Assembly (NCBI GenBank): GCA_963783575.1
Contig: CAWAOD010000018.1
Coordinates: 1 to 64,000, forward strand
Length of the DNA: 64,000 nt
Source of the DNA: an uncultured Spirochaetota bacterium
GTDB lineage: Bacteria; Spirochaetota; Brevinematia; Brevinematales; JAOACQ01
Direction: 5' to 3'
Positions 50,829-60,432 of this stretch are shown in pieces. Position numbers and translations under genes: made by a program. Every line of letters starts with the position of its first letter. Position 1 is the first letter of the stretch. Under the pieces are notes generated by a model. That model saw only the letters and a program-made list of their open reading frames with translations, did no database searches and had not been told where the DNA came from.

Positions 50829-52075
50829 ATAATTTTATTCCAGTAGCAATTATAGGCGGAGGAGCAGCCGGTTTAATGGCGGGTATTTCATCATCTTATT
50901 CCGGAATAAAACCGGTAATTTTAGAAAAAAATGACAGGATCGGCAAAAAAATTCTGGCTACAGGAAACGGAAAATGCAATCTTACCAATAAAAACATTGA
51001 TATTTCTCATTATCATGGAAAAAATCCGGGTTTTGCACTGAATTTCCTGAATCACTTCGGTCCGGAATATACTCTCGAGATGTTTGAAAAAATGGGGCTT
51101 GAATTCATAACTGACGATGAAGGCCGAGTTTTCCCGGAGAGCCTTCAGGCAGGAAAGTGTTTTGGACTGCCTAAGGCTTGATCTGGATAGAATCGGGGCC
51201 GAAATTTCAACAAAATCTGAAGTGCTTTCCTTAAAGAAAAACGGCGGTAATTTTATAATTCAAACTGTCGATGGAAAGAATTTTACTGCCGGTTCGGTTA
51301 TTCTGGCATGTGGAGGGAAGGCCGCCCCTTCAACCGGCAGCGATGGCAGTGGTTTCCGCCTTGCAGAGTCTTTGGGGCATAAAATCATCCAGCCACATCC
51401 TGCGCTGATTCAACTTAAGCTTGATGGTACACTTCATAAAGCAATGGAAGGCATGAAAATGGGACTGCAATGTCAAACTTTTATACTATAATAATCCGGT
51501 AGAATCAATAAAAGGCGATATCATGTTCACTAATTACGGAATATCCGGACTTGCAATATTGAAGTTAAGCAAGAATGCCATATCGGGTCTGGCGGAAAAT
51601 ATTCCGGTTGAAATTGAAATAGATTTTTTTCCTAAGCTTACACTTGAAGATAAATTAAAAATTATAGAGAAGCGTGTTAATAATCAGCCAGAAAGACTTC
51701 TTGAGCATTTCTTCACCGGCTGGCTGAACAAGCGTATCGGTCAGACTTTATTAAAATCCTTGGGATTGAGGAATGACAGGGCTTATTCATCATTAACAAA
51801 TGCTGAACAGAAAAATATAGCATGTGCTCTTCAGGCGAAGCGCTTTAAAGTTACAGGTAACACCGGCTGGCAAAACGCCCAGATAACAGCGGGCGGCGTT
51901 GACACTGATGAAGTTGCCGGTTTAACACTTGAATCGAAGCTTATCAAAGGCCTTTTTTTCGCGGGCGAAATCATTGATATTGACGGCGATTCAGGAGGAT
52001 ACAACCTGCAATGGGCATGGTCCGTCAGGCTTCGCGGCAGGAAAAGCTGCCGGGGATTATGCGGAAAATTTGTGA
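50825..52075 (+). CDS. HI0933/YhiN-family flavoprotein with three +1 indels (~51153, ~51458, ~52023), probably sequencing errors
   Basis: GGGAAGLMA, GKKILATGNGKCNLTN, GSDGSG, MFTNYGISG, AQITAGGV, GEIIDIDGDSGGYNLQWAWS; corrected end SSGFAAGKAA...TGA 52075. Confidence 0.9.
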
Positions 52076-52220
52076 TTAGTAAGAAAGAGAAATAAAAATC
52101 AATCCGGAGGGATATAAAATATTGAATTAATAAATCAAAATTTGTGTTGTTTCTTTATAATTTTAAATTTATGTTTTATACTATTTATTATTTTTAAATA
52201 TAAAGGAGTTATTACTGAAA

Positions 52221-53261
52221 ATGAATTACCGAGCGGCATTTATAAAAACTTTTTTTGATAATATGATTTTACCATATATTGCTAAGGAAGGAATGGAAAT
52301 AATTCCCGGCAATTGGTATGTAATTAACACAAAATTCGGCGAAGATATAGGTCTGGCAACTTCGATCGTAAAAGAAATACCGAAAGAAAGATTTCATATT
52401 AAAAAACCGGTAGTCGAGCATGTTAACGATGCGGATATAGATGATATTGAGATTGACGATACTTCCATTCTTGAAAAGAAAAATGAACATATCCCACTGG
52501 AAATTGACAGCAAGCAAATTGAGAATTTTCAGATAATCAAGGAGGCTACACAAGATGAGCTCAGCCAGTGGCAAAGCTTCAGAGCCGAGGAACTTAAAGC
52601 ATTCGAGTCGGCTAAAAAGGAAATCAAGGATTTAAATCTTGAAATGAAGCTTATTAATGTTCATTTCTTATATCAAAGAAAAAAAATAATTTTCAATTTT
52701 ACCGCAGATAACCGGATAGATTTCAGACAATTAGTAAAAAGACTGGCCGGCATATTTAAAACCAGAATCGAGATGCGTCAGATAGGCGTCCGTGACGCCG
52801 CAAAAATTCTCGGCGGATATGGTGTCTGCGGAGTTATGAACTGCTGTTTGAAATCAAACTGCCATATAAATTCAATTTATTTGAAAATGGCAAAAGACCA
52901 GGGGTTTGTTGTTAATTCCAGTAAGTTAACCGGATCCTGTGGAAGATTGATGTGCTGTCTTGCCTATGAAATTGATTATTATTCCGAAGAAAGAAAAAAA
53001 TATCCTGATGTAGGTTCGCTGATATTGGACGGGCAAAAAAACTATTCGGTAGTATCGTTAAATATTATAAAAGAAGAAGTATATATTGCTGATGAAAACC
53101 ATCATCAAAAAAAATATCCTCTTGAAATGCTAAAATTTCAGCGAAAAGATATCTCCGGTACTTCTGTTTACAGAATAAATAATACGGATGAAGCATTAAA
53201 AACAAATGATAATTTAAATTCATCATCAACAAATCTTAATGTAATGAACAAATCAAGATAA
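52221..53261 (+). CDS. ricT: PSP1-domain protein RicT/YaaT
   Basis: FTADNRIDFRQLVKRLA, RIEMRQIGVRDAAK, GVCG..CC, SKLTGSCGRLMCCLAYE. Confidence 0.92.
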   Translation: MNYRAAFIKTFFDNMILPYIAKEGMEIIPGNWYVINTKFGEDIGLATSIVKEIPKERFHIKKPVVEHVNDADIDDIEIDDTSILEKKNEHIPLEIDSKQIENFQIIKEATQDELSQWQSFRAEELKAFESAKKEIKDLNLEMKLINVHFLYQRKKIIFNFTADNRIDFRQLVKRLAGIFKTRIEMRQIGVRDAAKILGGYGVCGVMNCCLKSNCHINSIYLKMAKDQGFVVNSSKLTGSCGRLMCCLAYEIDYYSEERKKYPDVGSLILDGQKNYSVVSLNIIKEEVYIADENHHQKKYPLEMLKFQRKDISGTSVYRINNTDEALKTNDNLNSSSTNLNVMNKSR

Positions 53262-53458
53262 CTATAATATTTATAAAAAACGCCTTGATTAATAAATGGA
53301 TTAGATGTCTTATTGACCTCAAGAATATTAATTATTAGTATTTGTATGTATTGAATATTCCAATATAGGGTTAAAGTTAATATGATTTTTTCCTGCATTA
53401 TTGACGATAATATAACAAAATTAATTGTTTTATAAGATAAAAAGATTTTGGGGTAACC

Positions 53459-55285
53459 ATGCCGTATGATAAAGAAACTATAGAACAAGCTAAAAAAAAG
53501 GGAATTTTCGAAGAAAAGGTATTCGATTCCAAGGCATTAATGTTAAATGAAGAAGAAAAAAATAAAATCAGTGGTGAAATAACTAAAAAGATGAATGGAC
53601 CAACTAATTTAAGTGAATATCCGGAAAGCAAATCGAAAAGGAATGAGGAAATTAAAGAATTTAATGTTGAACTAAATTTCATTGAAAAGATTATTATATC
53701 AATACTTTCTTACTTAGGCTTCTTGAATATTCAGAATTATAAGCTAAATAAAGCCATTCATAACCTGGAAAAAAAAGCGGCAAGATTAAAACCGCCCATT
53801 TATAATGTTTCTTCGAGCAGAGTTTCCAAGTTCTTGGCATATCAATTACATAGTATCTATCTAAAATCACTTCCCCTGAAAAATATTTATAGATTAACGA
53901 TTGATGATAAGGAAAATTGGAATAATCCTGCACTTCTGCATAAATCAGGTGTGGAAATATTATTTGAAAGTCTTGCAAAAATGAATTTTGAGGAAATTGA
54001 AAAAAAGTTCTCTACCGTAGGCATAAGTAAAGCAATTATGGAAATATCAAATATCAATACGGCAATTGATGAAATTAATTCGGCTATTGTAAAGCATATT
54101 AATTCCATTGAAAAACCGGTTATTGAAACTATTAATAAAATTTATACAAATATAATTTATATAAAATATCTAATCGACTTTGATTTTTATCAGTTGTTTA
54201 AACATTTTGACAGCCAGTACAGCTCAAGTTCAAGTCCAAATTTTACAGATATTTCCGGCGAGACTATAGCATATTTTTTATCATCACTGGAAGAAATATT
54301 GATGCAGATTGATTTATACCTTGATAATACAATGATTTATAAAATAATGGATGATATCGCCAGAGAGCTTTCCGAACATTCAAAAACCGATGAAGATTCT
54401 GAAAATGAAGAAATTAATAGTGAAATTCCGGCTCCTGTTAATAACATTGAAGATGAATTAAATTATCTTTTTGAAAATTTAAAAGATCTTTTCCACAAAA
54501 ATTGCTTTACATTATTGCTCCAGATAATCAAGAGGGATCCGACATATTTCCCAAGCTTTATTCATACCAATTATGATCTTTACAAAATATATTGTGAAAC
54601 ATTTGTCCAGAGAATGAAAAATATTGTAAAAGTTACAATAAAAGAAAAAAAACAGAAAAAAATCGAAGAAGCTATTAACAAAGTTTTTGAAAGAATCAGC
54701 TGGTTAGGAGTATATGGGCCGGATTTGTCTGACAGGCTAGAAAGCTCCGGCACTCTTGGTTTAAGCCATATTTATCAATTAGGACTTATCAATACTTTTT
54801 TTATTAATTATTACATCGATATAATTAAACCATTTTTAAACATATTATTAATGAATGGAATATTCTTGGAAAAACATCAGCAGAAAAATGCATCCGAATT
54901 TTTCTATTTAATGGAGAAATTTGAAGAAAAGTTCCGCTATTTCCATGAGGAGATGAAACCTGAAGGATCAACGGCTAATAAAATTTTTAGTTTATTGACC
55001 AAAAAAGAAGGAAATTCTATCGATCACAAAAAAAGTCTGGAAAAATTTATTTCCTCTGTAAATGGAAAAGCAAAAGAATTATTTGACGATTTTTATAATT
55101 TATTCACAACTATGGTTTTTATAAATCATAATCTACATGATGACATCAACTCAAAGACATCAAAATATATCCGTAATATACACTATATCGGCGGTTTAAA
55201 AAATACAAAATTGCTTCAAAATATAGAAAGAAGTTATCAGGTAATGCTTCCTATTAAAGATATAATTGACTTGATGAGAGATTGA
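53459..55285 (+). CDS. DUF5312-like hypothetical protein
   Basis: 608-aa helical ORF; FDFYQLFKHFD and final IRNI segments resemble DUF5312 as recalled; needs HMM check. Confidence 0.55.
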   Translation: MPYDKETIEQAKKKGIFEEKVFDSKALMLNEEEKNKISGEITKKMNGPTNLSEYPESKSKRNEEIKEFNVELNFIEKIIISILSYLGFLNIQNYKLNKAIHNLEKKAARLKPPIYNVSSSRVSKFLAYQLHSIYLKSLPLKNIYRLTIDDKENWNNPALLHKSGVEILFESLAKMNFEEIEKKFSTVGISKAIMEISNINTAIDEINSAIVKHINSIEKPVIETINKIYTNIIYIKYLIDFDFYQLFKHFDSQYSSSSSPNFTDISGETIAYFLSSLEEILMQIDLYLDNTMIYKIMDDIARELSEHSKTDEDSENEEINSEIPAPVNNIEDELNYLFENLKDLFHKNCFTLLLQIIKRDPTYFPSFIHTNYDLYKIYCETFVQRMKNIVKVTIKEKKQKKIEEAINKVFERISWLGVYGPDLSDRLESSGTLGLSHIYQLGLINTFFINYYIDIIKPFLNILLMNGIFLEKHQQKNASEFFYLMEKFEEKFRYFHEEMKPEGSTANKIFSLLTKKEGNSIDHKKSLEKFISSVNGKAKELFDDFYNLFTTMVFINHNLHDDINSKTSKYIRNIHYIGGLKNTKLLQNIERSYQVMLPIKDIIDLMRD

Positions 55286-56415
55286 ACTTAATGGTTAAAG
55301 AAAACGCTTTACTGATTGGAGTAAAATTACCATCCGATCCCATAAACAGGGTTATGTCTTCACTGGATGAATTAAAAGAACTTTCAATAACCGCGGGAGC
55401 AAGTGTTGTCGATAGTATCATCCAGCAGAGAAAAGAAATCGATTCAAAATATTATATAGGTAAGGGTAAAGTTGAAGAAATAAAATATTTTTATAAAAAT
55501 GAAAAAAAAAACGATCTTATCATTTTTAACCATGAATCGACCCCATCCCAGATCAGAAATCTTGAAAAAGAATTGAAAATGAAAGTAATAACAAGGACTG
55601 AATTGATTCTTGATATTTTTTCCCTTCATGCTAAGTCTGGAATTTCTATGCTGCAGGTTGAGCTTGCACTGCTGAAATACCAGCTGCCGAGAATCACAGG
55701 CAAAGGTACATCAATGTCACGGCCCGGTGGTGGTATAGGAACCAGAGGGCCAGGTGAACAGCAGCTTGAACTTGACAGGAGGCTTATCATGAAAAAAATT
55801 CATTTGATTGGAAACAGGCTTAAACATATTGAACTGGAAAGAAGCATTCAACGGAAAAACAGGGTGGAGAATGAATTCAAATCGGCATTAATCGGGTATA
55901 CTAATTCGGGAAAATCAACATTACTGAACCGTCTGACCAAGTCAAATGTGCAGGTTGAAGATCAGCTTTTCGTTACCCTGGATACCACAACAAGAAAATT
56001 ATGGCTTGGCTTTATTAACGGAAAGTCCGCTCATTCAGTTATTACTGATACGGTTGGCTTTATCCAGGATCTGCCGCATGACCTGATAGAAAGTTTTAAA
56101 TCCACCCTGGAAGACACAATTCAAGCTGATCTGCTTATCCATATTATCGATATATCAACTGATTTTTCATATAAAAAGAAAGTTGTAGAGAAAACAATTT
56201 TTGAACTAGGTGCAAACAATATACCACTTATATTATGTTTCAATAAAATCGACAGACTTTCGGAAGAAGAGGTCCTTAATATTCGCCTCCAATATCCCGA
56301 AGCATTATATATTTCCGCAAAAGAGAATTTAAATATAAATTTTTTAAAAGAAAAACTAAAAGAATTTTATATTCTAAAATACAATAATAATGTAATCAAG
56401 CCTCTTTTTTCCTGA
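55282..56415 (+). CDS. hflX: Ribosome-splitting GTPase HflX
   Basis: YYIGKGKVEE, LQVELALLKYQLPR, GGGIGTRGPGE, GYTNSGKST, DTVGFI, NKID. Confidence 0.98.
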   Translation: MNLMVKENALLIGVKLPSDPINRVMSSLDELKELSITAGASVVDSIIQQRKEIDSKYYIGKGKVEEIKYFYKNEKKNDLIIFNHESTPSQIRNLEKELKMKVITRTELILDIFSLHAKSGISMLQVELALLKYQLPRITGKGTSMSRPGGGIGTRGPGEQQLELDRRLIMKKIHLIGNRLKHIELERSIQRKNRVENEFKSALIGYTNSGKSTLLNRLTKSNVQVEDQLFVTLDTTTRKLWLGFINGKSAHSVITDTVGFIQDLPHDLIESFKSTLEDTIQADLLIHIIDISTDFSYKKKVVEKTIFELGANNIPLILCFNKIDRLSEEEVLNIRLQYPEALYISAKENLNINFLKEKLKEFYILKYNNNVIKPLFS

Positions 56416-57007
56416 AACGAAGGGAAATCAGATAACCGATTACTGAAAGTATAGCAATAACAACAATGATATCTAAAATCTTACTGTATTTCATCACTTC
56501 CTGCCAATTGCTGCGCAGAATCCTTCCGATCCAGCATAAAAAAGCATTCCACATTGCTGCCCCGGCGATTGTCAAAAAAATGAATTTGAAAATATTCATT
56601 TTGCCGACACCCGCGGGAATTGAAATAAGATGCCTTACAACAGGAATAAACCTGCAGACAAAAATAGTTGCATCCCCGTATTTCTTAAAAAAATTTTCTG
56701 TGTATTCAAGATGATGATTATTTAAAAACACATATTTACCGAATTTATGAACGCAAGGCTTTCCGCCATAGTAACCGGCTGTATAAGAAATTAAAGAACC
56801 GATAATGCTTCCTAAAGTACTGAAAAAGACAACATACCAGAAATTAAAAGTATTTTCCGCCACTAGGAAGCCCGCAAACGGCATAACAGCTTCGCTTGGA
56901 ACCGGAAATACCATGCTTTCAAGCGTCATACAAAGAGTTACGCTTAAATATCCGCCTTTTTCAATCAATTTAGTAATCGATTCTGCCAAAATCTCGGTCA
57001 AACCCAT
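56396..57007 (-). CDS. DedA family membrane protein
   Basis: LESMVFPVPSEAVMPFAG, CRFIPVVRHLISIPAG. Confidence 0.95.
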   Translation of the reverse strand: MGLTEILAESITKLIEKGGYLSVTLCMTLESMVFPVPSEAVMPFAGFLVAENTFNFWYVVFFSTLGSIIGSLISYTAGYYGGKPCVHKFGKYVFLNNHHLEYTENFFKKYGDATIFVCRFIPVVRHLISIPAGVGKMNIFKFIFLTIAGAAMWNAFLCWIGRILRSNWQEVMKYSKILDIIVVIAILSVIGYLISLRFRKKEA

Positions 57008-57103
57008 AAAAATCTCCAAATTATTATAATTTCAAGCGAATATTATATCATTATTTTATTATTTATTCCAAAAGACATCTTCAATAAATTATTAAGCAAT
57101 AAT

Positions 57104-57415
57104 TTATTCAATTACCGTTTCTTTTTCATCAATAATTCTGCCGCATTTCGGGCATTCCATACTCATAGCAAGTTTACCGTTAATAAAAGCCGTCTCAATA
57201 TTTTCACCGCAAAATGGGCATTTAATAAATTTATCGATCATTACAGTAACTGACTTCCTCAATGATAAAATAAGAAGGATAAAAAATAAGAATAAAGAGA
57301 ATGACATGGAAACAATAACGGAAATAATATTGGGATAATAAATTTTTAAGATAATGAACATAACCGTAAAAATCAATAAAGATATTATTAAAAATTTAGC
57401 TATCTTTTTTATCAT
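57104..57415 (-). CDS. Small 2-TM protein with C-terminal zinc ribbon
   Basis: Two hydrophobic helices; CPFCG...CPKCG; GGGG SD. Confidence 0.7.
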   Translation of the reverse strand: MIKKIAKFLIISLLIFTVMFIILKIYYPNIISVIVSMSFSLFLFFILLILSLRKSVTVMIDKFIKCPFCGENIETAFINGKLAMSMECPKCGRIIDEKETVIE

Positions 57416-57606
57416 ATAATCCCCTAGTTATAGAATTTATTATAAAATTCTTATCAATTGAATAAGTTCGATATTTTCATTCTAAAAACAGATATATTTT
57501 TTGTCAAGGGGGGTAACTAATTTCTAGAAAAACAAGTAAGTACAACACTGATTTGCCAAATAGATTAATTTATGATAAAATAACTGCCGTGTAATTTTAA
57601 CAAAAT

Positions 57607-57679
57607 GCCACCGTAGCTCAGTTGGTAGAGCAATTGATTCGTAATCAATGGGTCAGCGGTTCAATCCCGCTCGGTGGCT
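57607..57679 (+). tRNA. tRNA-Thr (CGT)
   Basis: GCCACCGTAGCTCAGTTGGTAGAGCAATTGATTCGTAATCAATGGGTCAGCGGTTCAATCCCGCTCGGTGGCT. Confidence 0.97.
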
Positions 57680-57681
57680 TT

Positions 57682-57717
57682 ATTAATTTAGTCCCGCTGT
57701 TGCGGGACTAAATTAAT
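57682..57717. terminator. 16-bp perfect hairpin after tRNA-Thr, probably a bidirectional terminator
   Basis: attaatttagtcccgc-tgtt-gcgggactaaattaat between convergent genes. Confidence 0.75.
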
Positions 57718-57790
57718 CTTGAGTATTCGGCAGAGCCGAAACGTCCACGTTTGTTAATAAACTCCGTAGCAATACAGCAAGAAATTAAAT

Positions 57791-57809
57791 GGGTCAAGCG
57801 GCACGCTTG
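57791..57809. repeat. Dispersed palindrome copy 3
   Basis: gggtcaagcggcacgcttg abutting the stop codon of the 57810-59357 gene. Confidence 0.7.
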
Positions 57810-59357
57810 TTATCTGTTTATGCTGTATTTTTTGTCATTATATATTGAACTGGGCCTTGCATAGAATTCTCTTGAAAACTGGCTGTGATTTCCAACCCTG
57901 TCCACGGTTCTGATTGCAATAAAATACGGTTTTTCATTCTTTAACCCGCTTAATACTATACTCATTCGGTTCAGAGTCCCTGGCTGAATGTTTGTAATAA
58001 ATATTGGCGATTTGCCTTCGGCGGCGTCATCACAGATATAATCTTCCTTCCTGTTTCCGTAATAAATCTCATATCCAGCCACACTGTCCTCCGGAGAAGG
58101 TACCCAGATTATTTTAATCATTTCATCCATTGGATCAACTTCATCAATTACCGGTTCATAAGGGTCTTTATCCACCACATAATCAAGTTTTATTGAATTT
58201 ATCAATATTTCTTTATCCATCTCCTCATATGGAAAAGCATTTATTTTAAATTGAATAAACTTACCTCTTTGAAATTCTTCCGGAAATGTATCAATATTGT
58301 TCTGAAAATAAATCCATTTTATATCATCACTATCGGGCAAAAAATAATGATCGGAAATTCTGTAAGCCATTTTAATATATGAATATTCAGGCAAACTGTA
58401 ACCAAATGATAGTTTTTTCAATGTTACCCTATTTTCAGCAATTTTATATATATCTGTTAAAATAATAGAATCTTTATTTACATAACGTTTTAAATAATAT
58501 TGTTCGGTAAAATCTTTTTTTATTTTAAGATTATCAATTGAAAAAAATGCATTCTGCCCGATTAAAATTGGAGTACTGAGTTCATCCTTGATCAGAGGAT
58601 TAAAAATAGGGGAAAGTATTTTACCGTTTGATGTAATCCATTTTACTTCCTGCTCCAGACCATTTTTAAAAGTTGCCATTTTCCCATCCAAAATATTAAA
58701 TGATACCGCATGATGTTCCCATTTATTGAGTTCAAATGATTCATCATCTTTAATTTCTATTGTATATGCCTCTTTGTTTTCAGACCAGAATATATTGTCA
58801 AATCTGTATATTATCCTGTTATCATGGGTGAAAATTGATATCCCATAAATATTTTTATCTCTCTCATCGGATAGATTATTACCGATATATTTAATGATAA
58901 ACTGATTATCATAATTTTTGTATAAATAAAGCCAGAATTCTATCGTAAAACTTCCTGGTATACTTCCGGGCGCAAAAATTGATGTCGAATGAGGTAAAAG
59001 TGAAAGATAATGATCGGAAAAATAAAATTTTCCGGAATAATTTCCATTTACATATTGATATTTATTCTGTTCATAATTTGAATAAATAACCTTATAATTC
59101 GGAATGTTTTTCAACGGGTTTTCAAAATCAAGATATAGATCAAGGAGAGATGGTTTTTCTTCAATATTTTCTTTTAATATATAAACCGGATTATGATTTA
59201 CCACTTTTTGAATAAAATTTCCAGATTTGTATATTTTCCATTGATTTCCTTCAATGGTCATACTATCAACTGGAAGATAGGACTTTAATGGAAATATGAG
59301 GTTAATACTTACAGTGGCAATTATTATCTGCATAATTATAAACGGTAAATTTTTCAT
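57810..59357 (-). CDS. Exported LamG-like plus fibronectin type III domain protein
   Basis: Signal segment; SFTIEFWLY, KWEHHAVSF, IDNLKI (LamG); WVPSPEDSVAGYEIYYG, LKNEKPYFIAIRTVD (FN3). Confidence 0.75.
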   Translation of the reverse strand: MKNLPFIIMQIIIATVSINLIFPLKSYLPVDSMTIEGNQWKIYKSGNFIQKVVNHNPVYILKENIEEKPSLLDLYLDFENPLKNIPNYKVIYSNYEQNKYQYVNGNYSGKFYFSDHYLSLLPHSTSIFAPGSIPGSFTIEFWLYLYKNYDNQFIIKYIGNNLSDERDKNIYGISIFTHDNRIIYRFDNIFWSENKEAYTIEIKDDESFELNKWEHHAVSFNILDGKMATFKNGLEQEVKWITSNGKILSPIFNPLIKDELSTPILIGQNAFFSIDNLKIKKDFTEQYYLKRYVNKDSIILTDIYKIAENRVTLKKLSFGYSLPEYSYIKMAYRISDHYFLPDSDDIKWIYFQNNIDTFPEEFQRGKFIQFKINAFPYEEMDKEILINSIKLDYVVDKDPYEPVIDEVDPMDEMIKIIWVPSPEDSVAGYEIYYGNRKEDYICDDAAEGKSPIFITNIQPGTLNRMSIVLSGLKNEKPYFIAIRTVDRVGNHSQFSREFYARPSSIYNDKKYSINR

Positions 59358-59479
59358 TTAAAATAACCTCCGGAAACAGGTAATATAATGTTAAAATTAA
59401 TTTATGAAAATACTATACCTATTTTCGGATTTATTATGAATTTTATTAGCCGATTATACTGGATTAAGCTGAATGCAAA

Positions 59480-59866
59480 TTAATTACCAAATTGCAGGCC
59501 ATTATTGTTTAACTGATAATAATCAATACCTTCTTCAATGGAAGTAACAAAATGAACAAATTTATCAATATTTGAAATCGTCAGAATCCTCAAAATATGA
59601 GGTACATTGCACATTACGCAAATTGAGGATTTGTTTTTTAATGAATTAGATATAAGCTGCATTATAATACTGATGCCCGAAGAATCAATATAGGTAAGAT
59701 TGTTTAAATCTAAAATATAACGGTAAATACCCATTTTTATATAAGCCTTTACTTCTCTGAAAAATAATTCCGAATCTTCCGTAAGGCTGTTTAAATCTCC
59801 GCTAATATTAATGATACCTATAGTGTCCCCATAAAAAGATACTTTAATATTTAATCTGTTTTCCAA
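59480..59866 (-). CDS. STAS-domain anti-sigma-factor antagonist
   Basis: ISGDL, LDLNNLTYIDSSGIS (phospho-Ser motif). Confidence 0.9.
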   Translation of the reverse strand: MENRLNIKVSFYGDTIGIINISGDLNSLTEDSELFFREVKAYIKMGIYRYILDLNNLTYIDSSGISIIMQLISNSLKNKSSICVMCNVPHILRILTISNIDKFVHFVTSIEEGIDYYQLNNNGLQFGN

Positions 59867-59888
59867 GCTTGCTACCTCACATCCTTTT

Positions 59889-60311
59889 TTAATAAATCAA
59901 AATTTTTTTCATATAAGTGATATTACCGGTTTTATCCTGTGGTTCGATATAAAATTCATCCATTATTTTACTTATCATATAAATTCCACGCTTTCGCAAT
60001 TGAAACTGTTCAATTTGCTTTGGTGGAATTATCGTCATAGAAACAGGGGAACCATAGTCTCGAATGAAAATTTCCAGATTTCGCGAACTTTTATCAGTTT
60101 CGTTAATATTAATTTTAATTTCAAGCGGAAGACTGATATTCCATTTATACGTATGCTGAATTACATTAAAGATCGCTTCATGAACACAAAAATGAATTTC
60201 ATGTGCAAGGATTTCATTATCACTTAATATTCTTAATAATATATCGATTAATTCTTTCTCGAATTCTACAACTTCTTCTTCTTTGCCGGATATGGTGAAT
60301 TTAAAAATCAT
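59889..60311 (-). CDS. RsbW/SpoIIAB-like anti-sigma factor (HATPase)
   Basis: CVHEAIFNVIQHTY, IRDYG, RGIYMISKIMDE; adjacent to STAS gene. Confidence 0.85.
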   Translation of the reverse strand: MIFKFTISGKEEEVVEFEKELIDILLRILSDNEILAHEIHFCVHEAIFNVIQHTYKWNISLPLEIKININETDKSSRNLEIFIRDYGSPVSMTIIPPKQIEQFQLRKRGIYMISKIMDEFYIEPQDKTGNITYMKKILIY

Positions 60312-60353
60312 ATCAAACTCCAGGTATTAATCCGAGATATATAATCCAACTTT

Positions 60354-60382
60354 TTGCAGTAAAATAAAGTTTTAATTATAAT
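60354..60382 (+). promoter_or_regulatory. Putative sigma70 promoter of pyrG, overlapping a divergent promoter (TTGACT at 60406-60401)
   Basis: TTGCAG-17 nt-TATAAT. Confidence 0.55.
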
Positions 60383-60432
60383 AATATCAACTATTTTTTT
60401 AGTCAAGGTAATAATTCAATTGAGGAGAACTC

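Noticed and set aside
21360..55285. Paralogy between the two ~600-aa helical hypothetical proteins (21360-23120 and 53459-55285)
   Set aside because: Similar size and composition only; no convincing collinear motifs found by eye. An HMM-HMM comparison would be needed.
57607..57679. tRNA-Thr as an integration site of a genomic island
   Set aside because: No integrase and no duplicated tRNA 3' end seen in the window.
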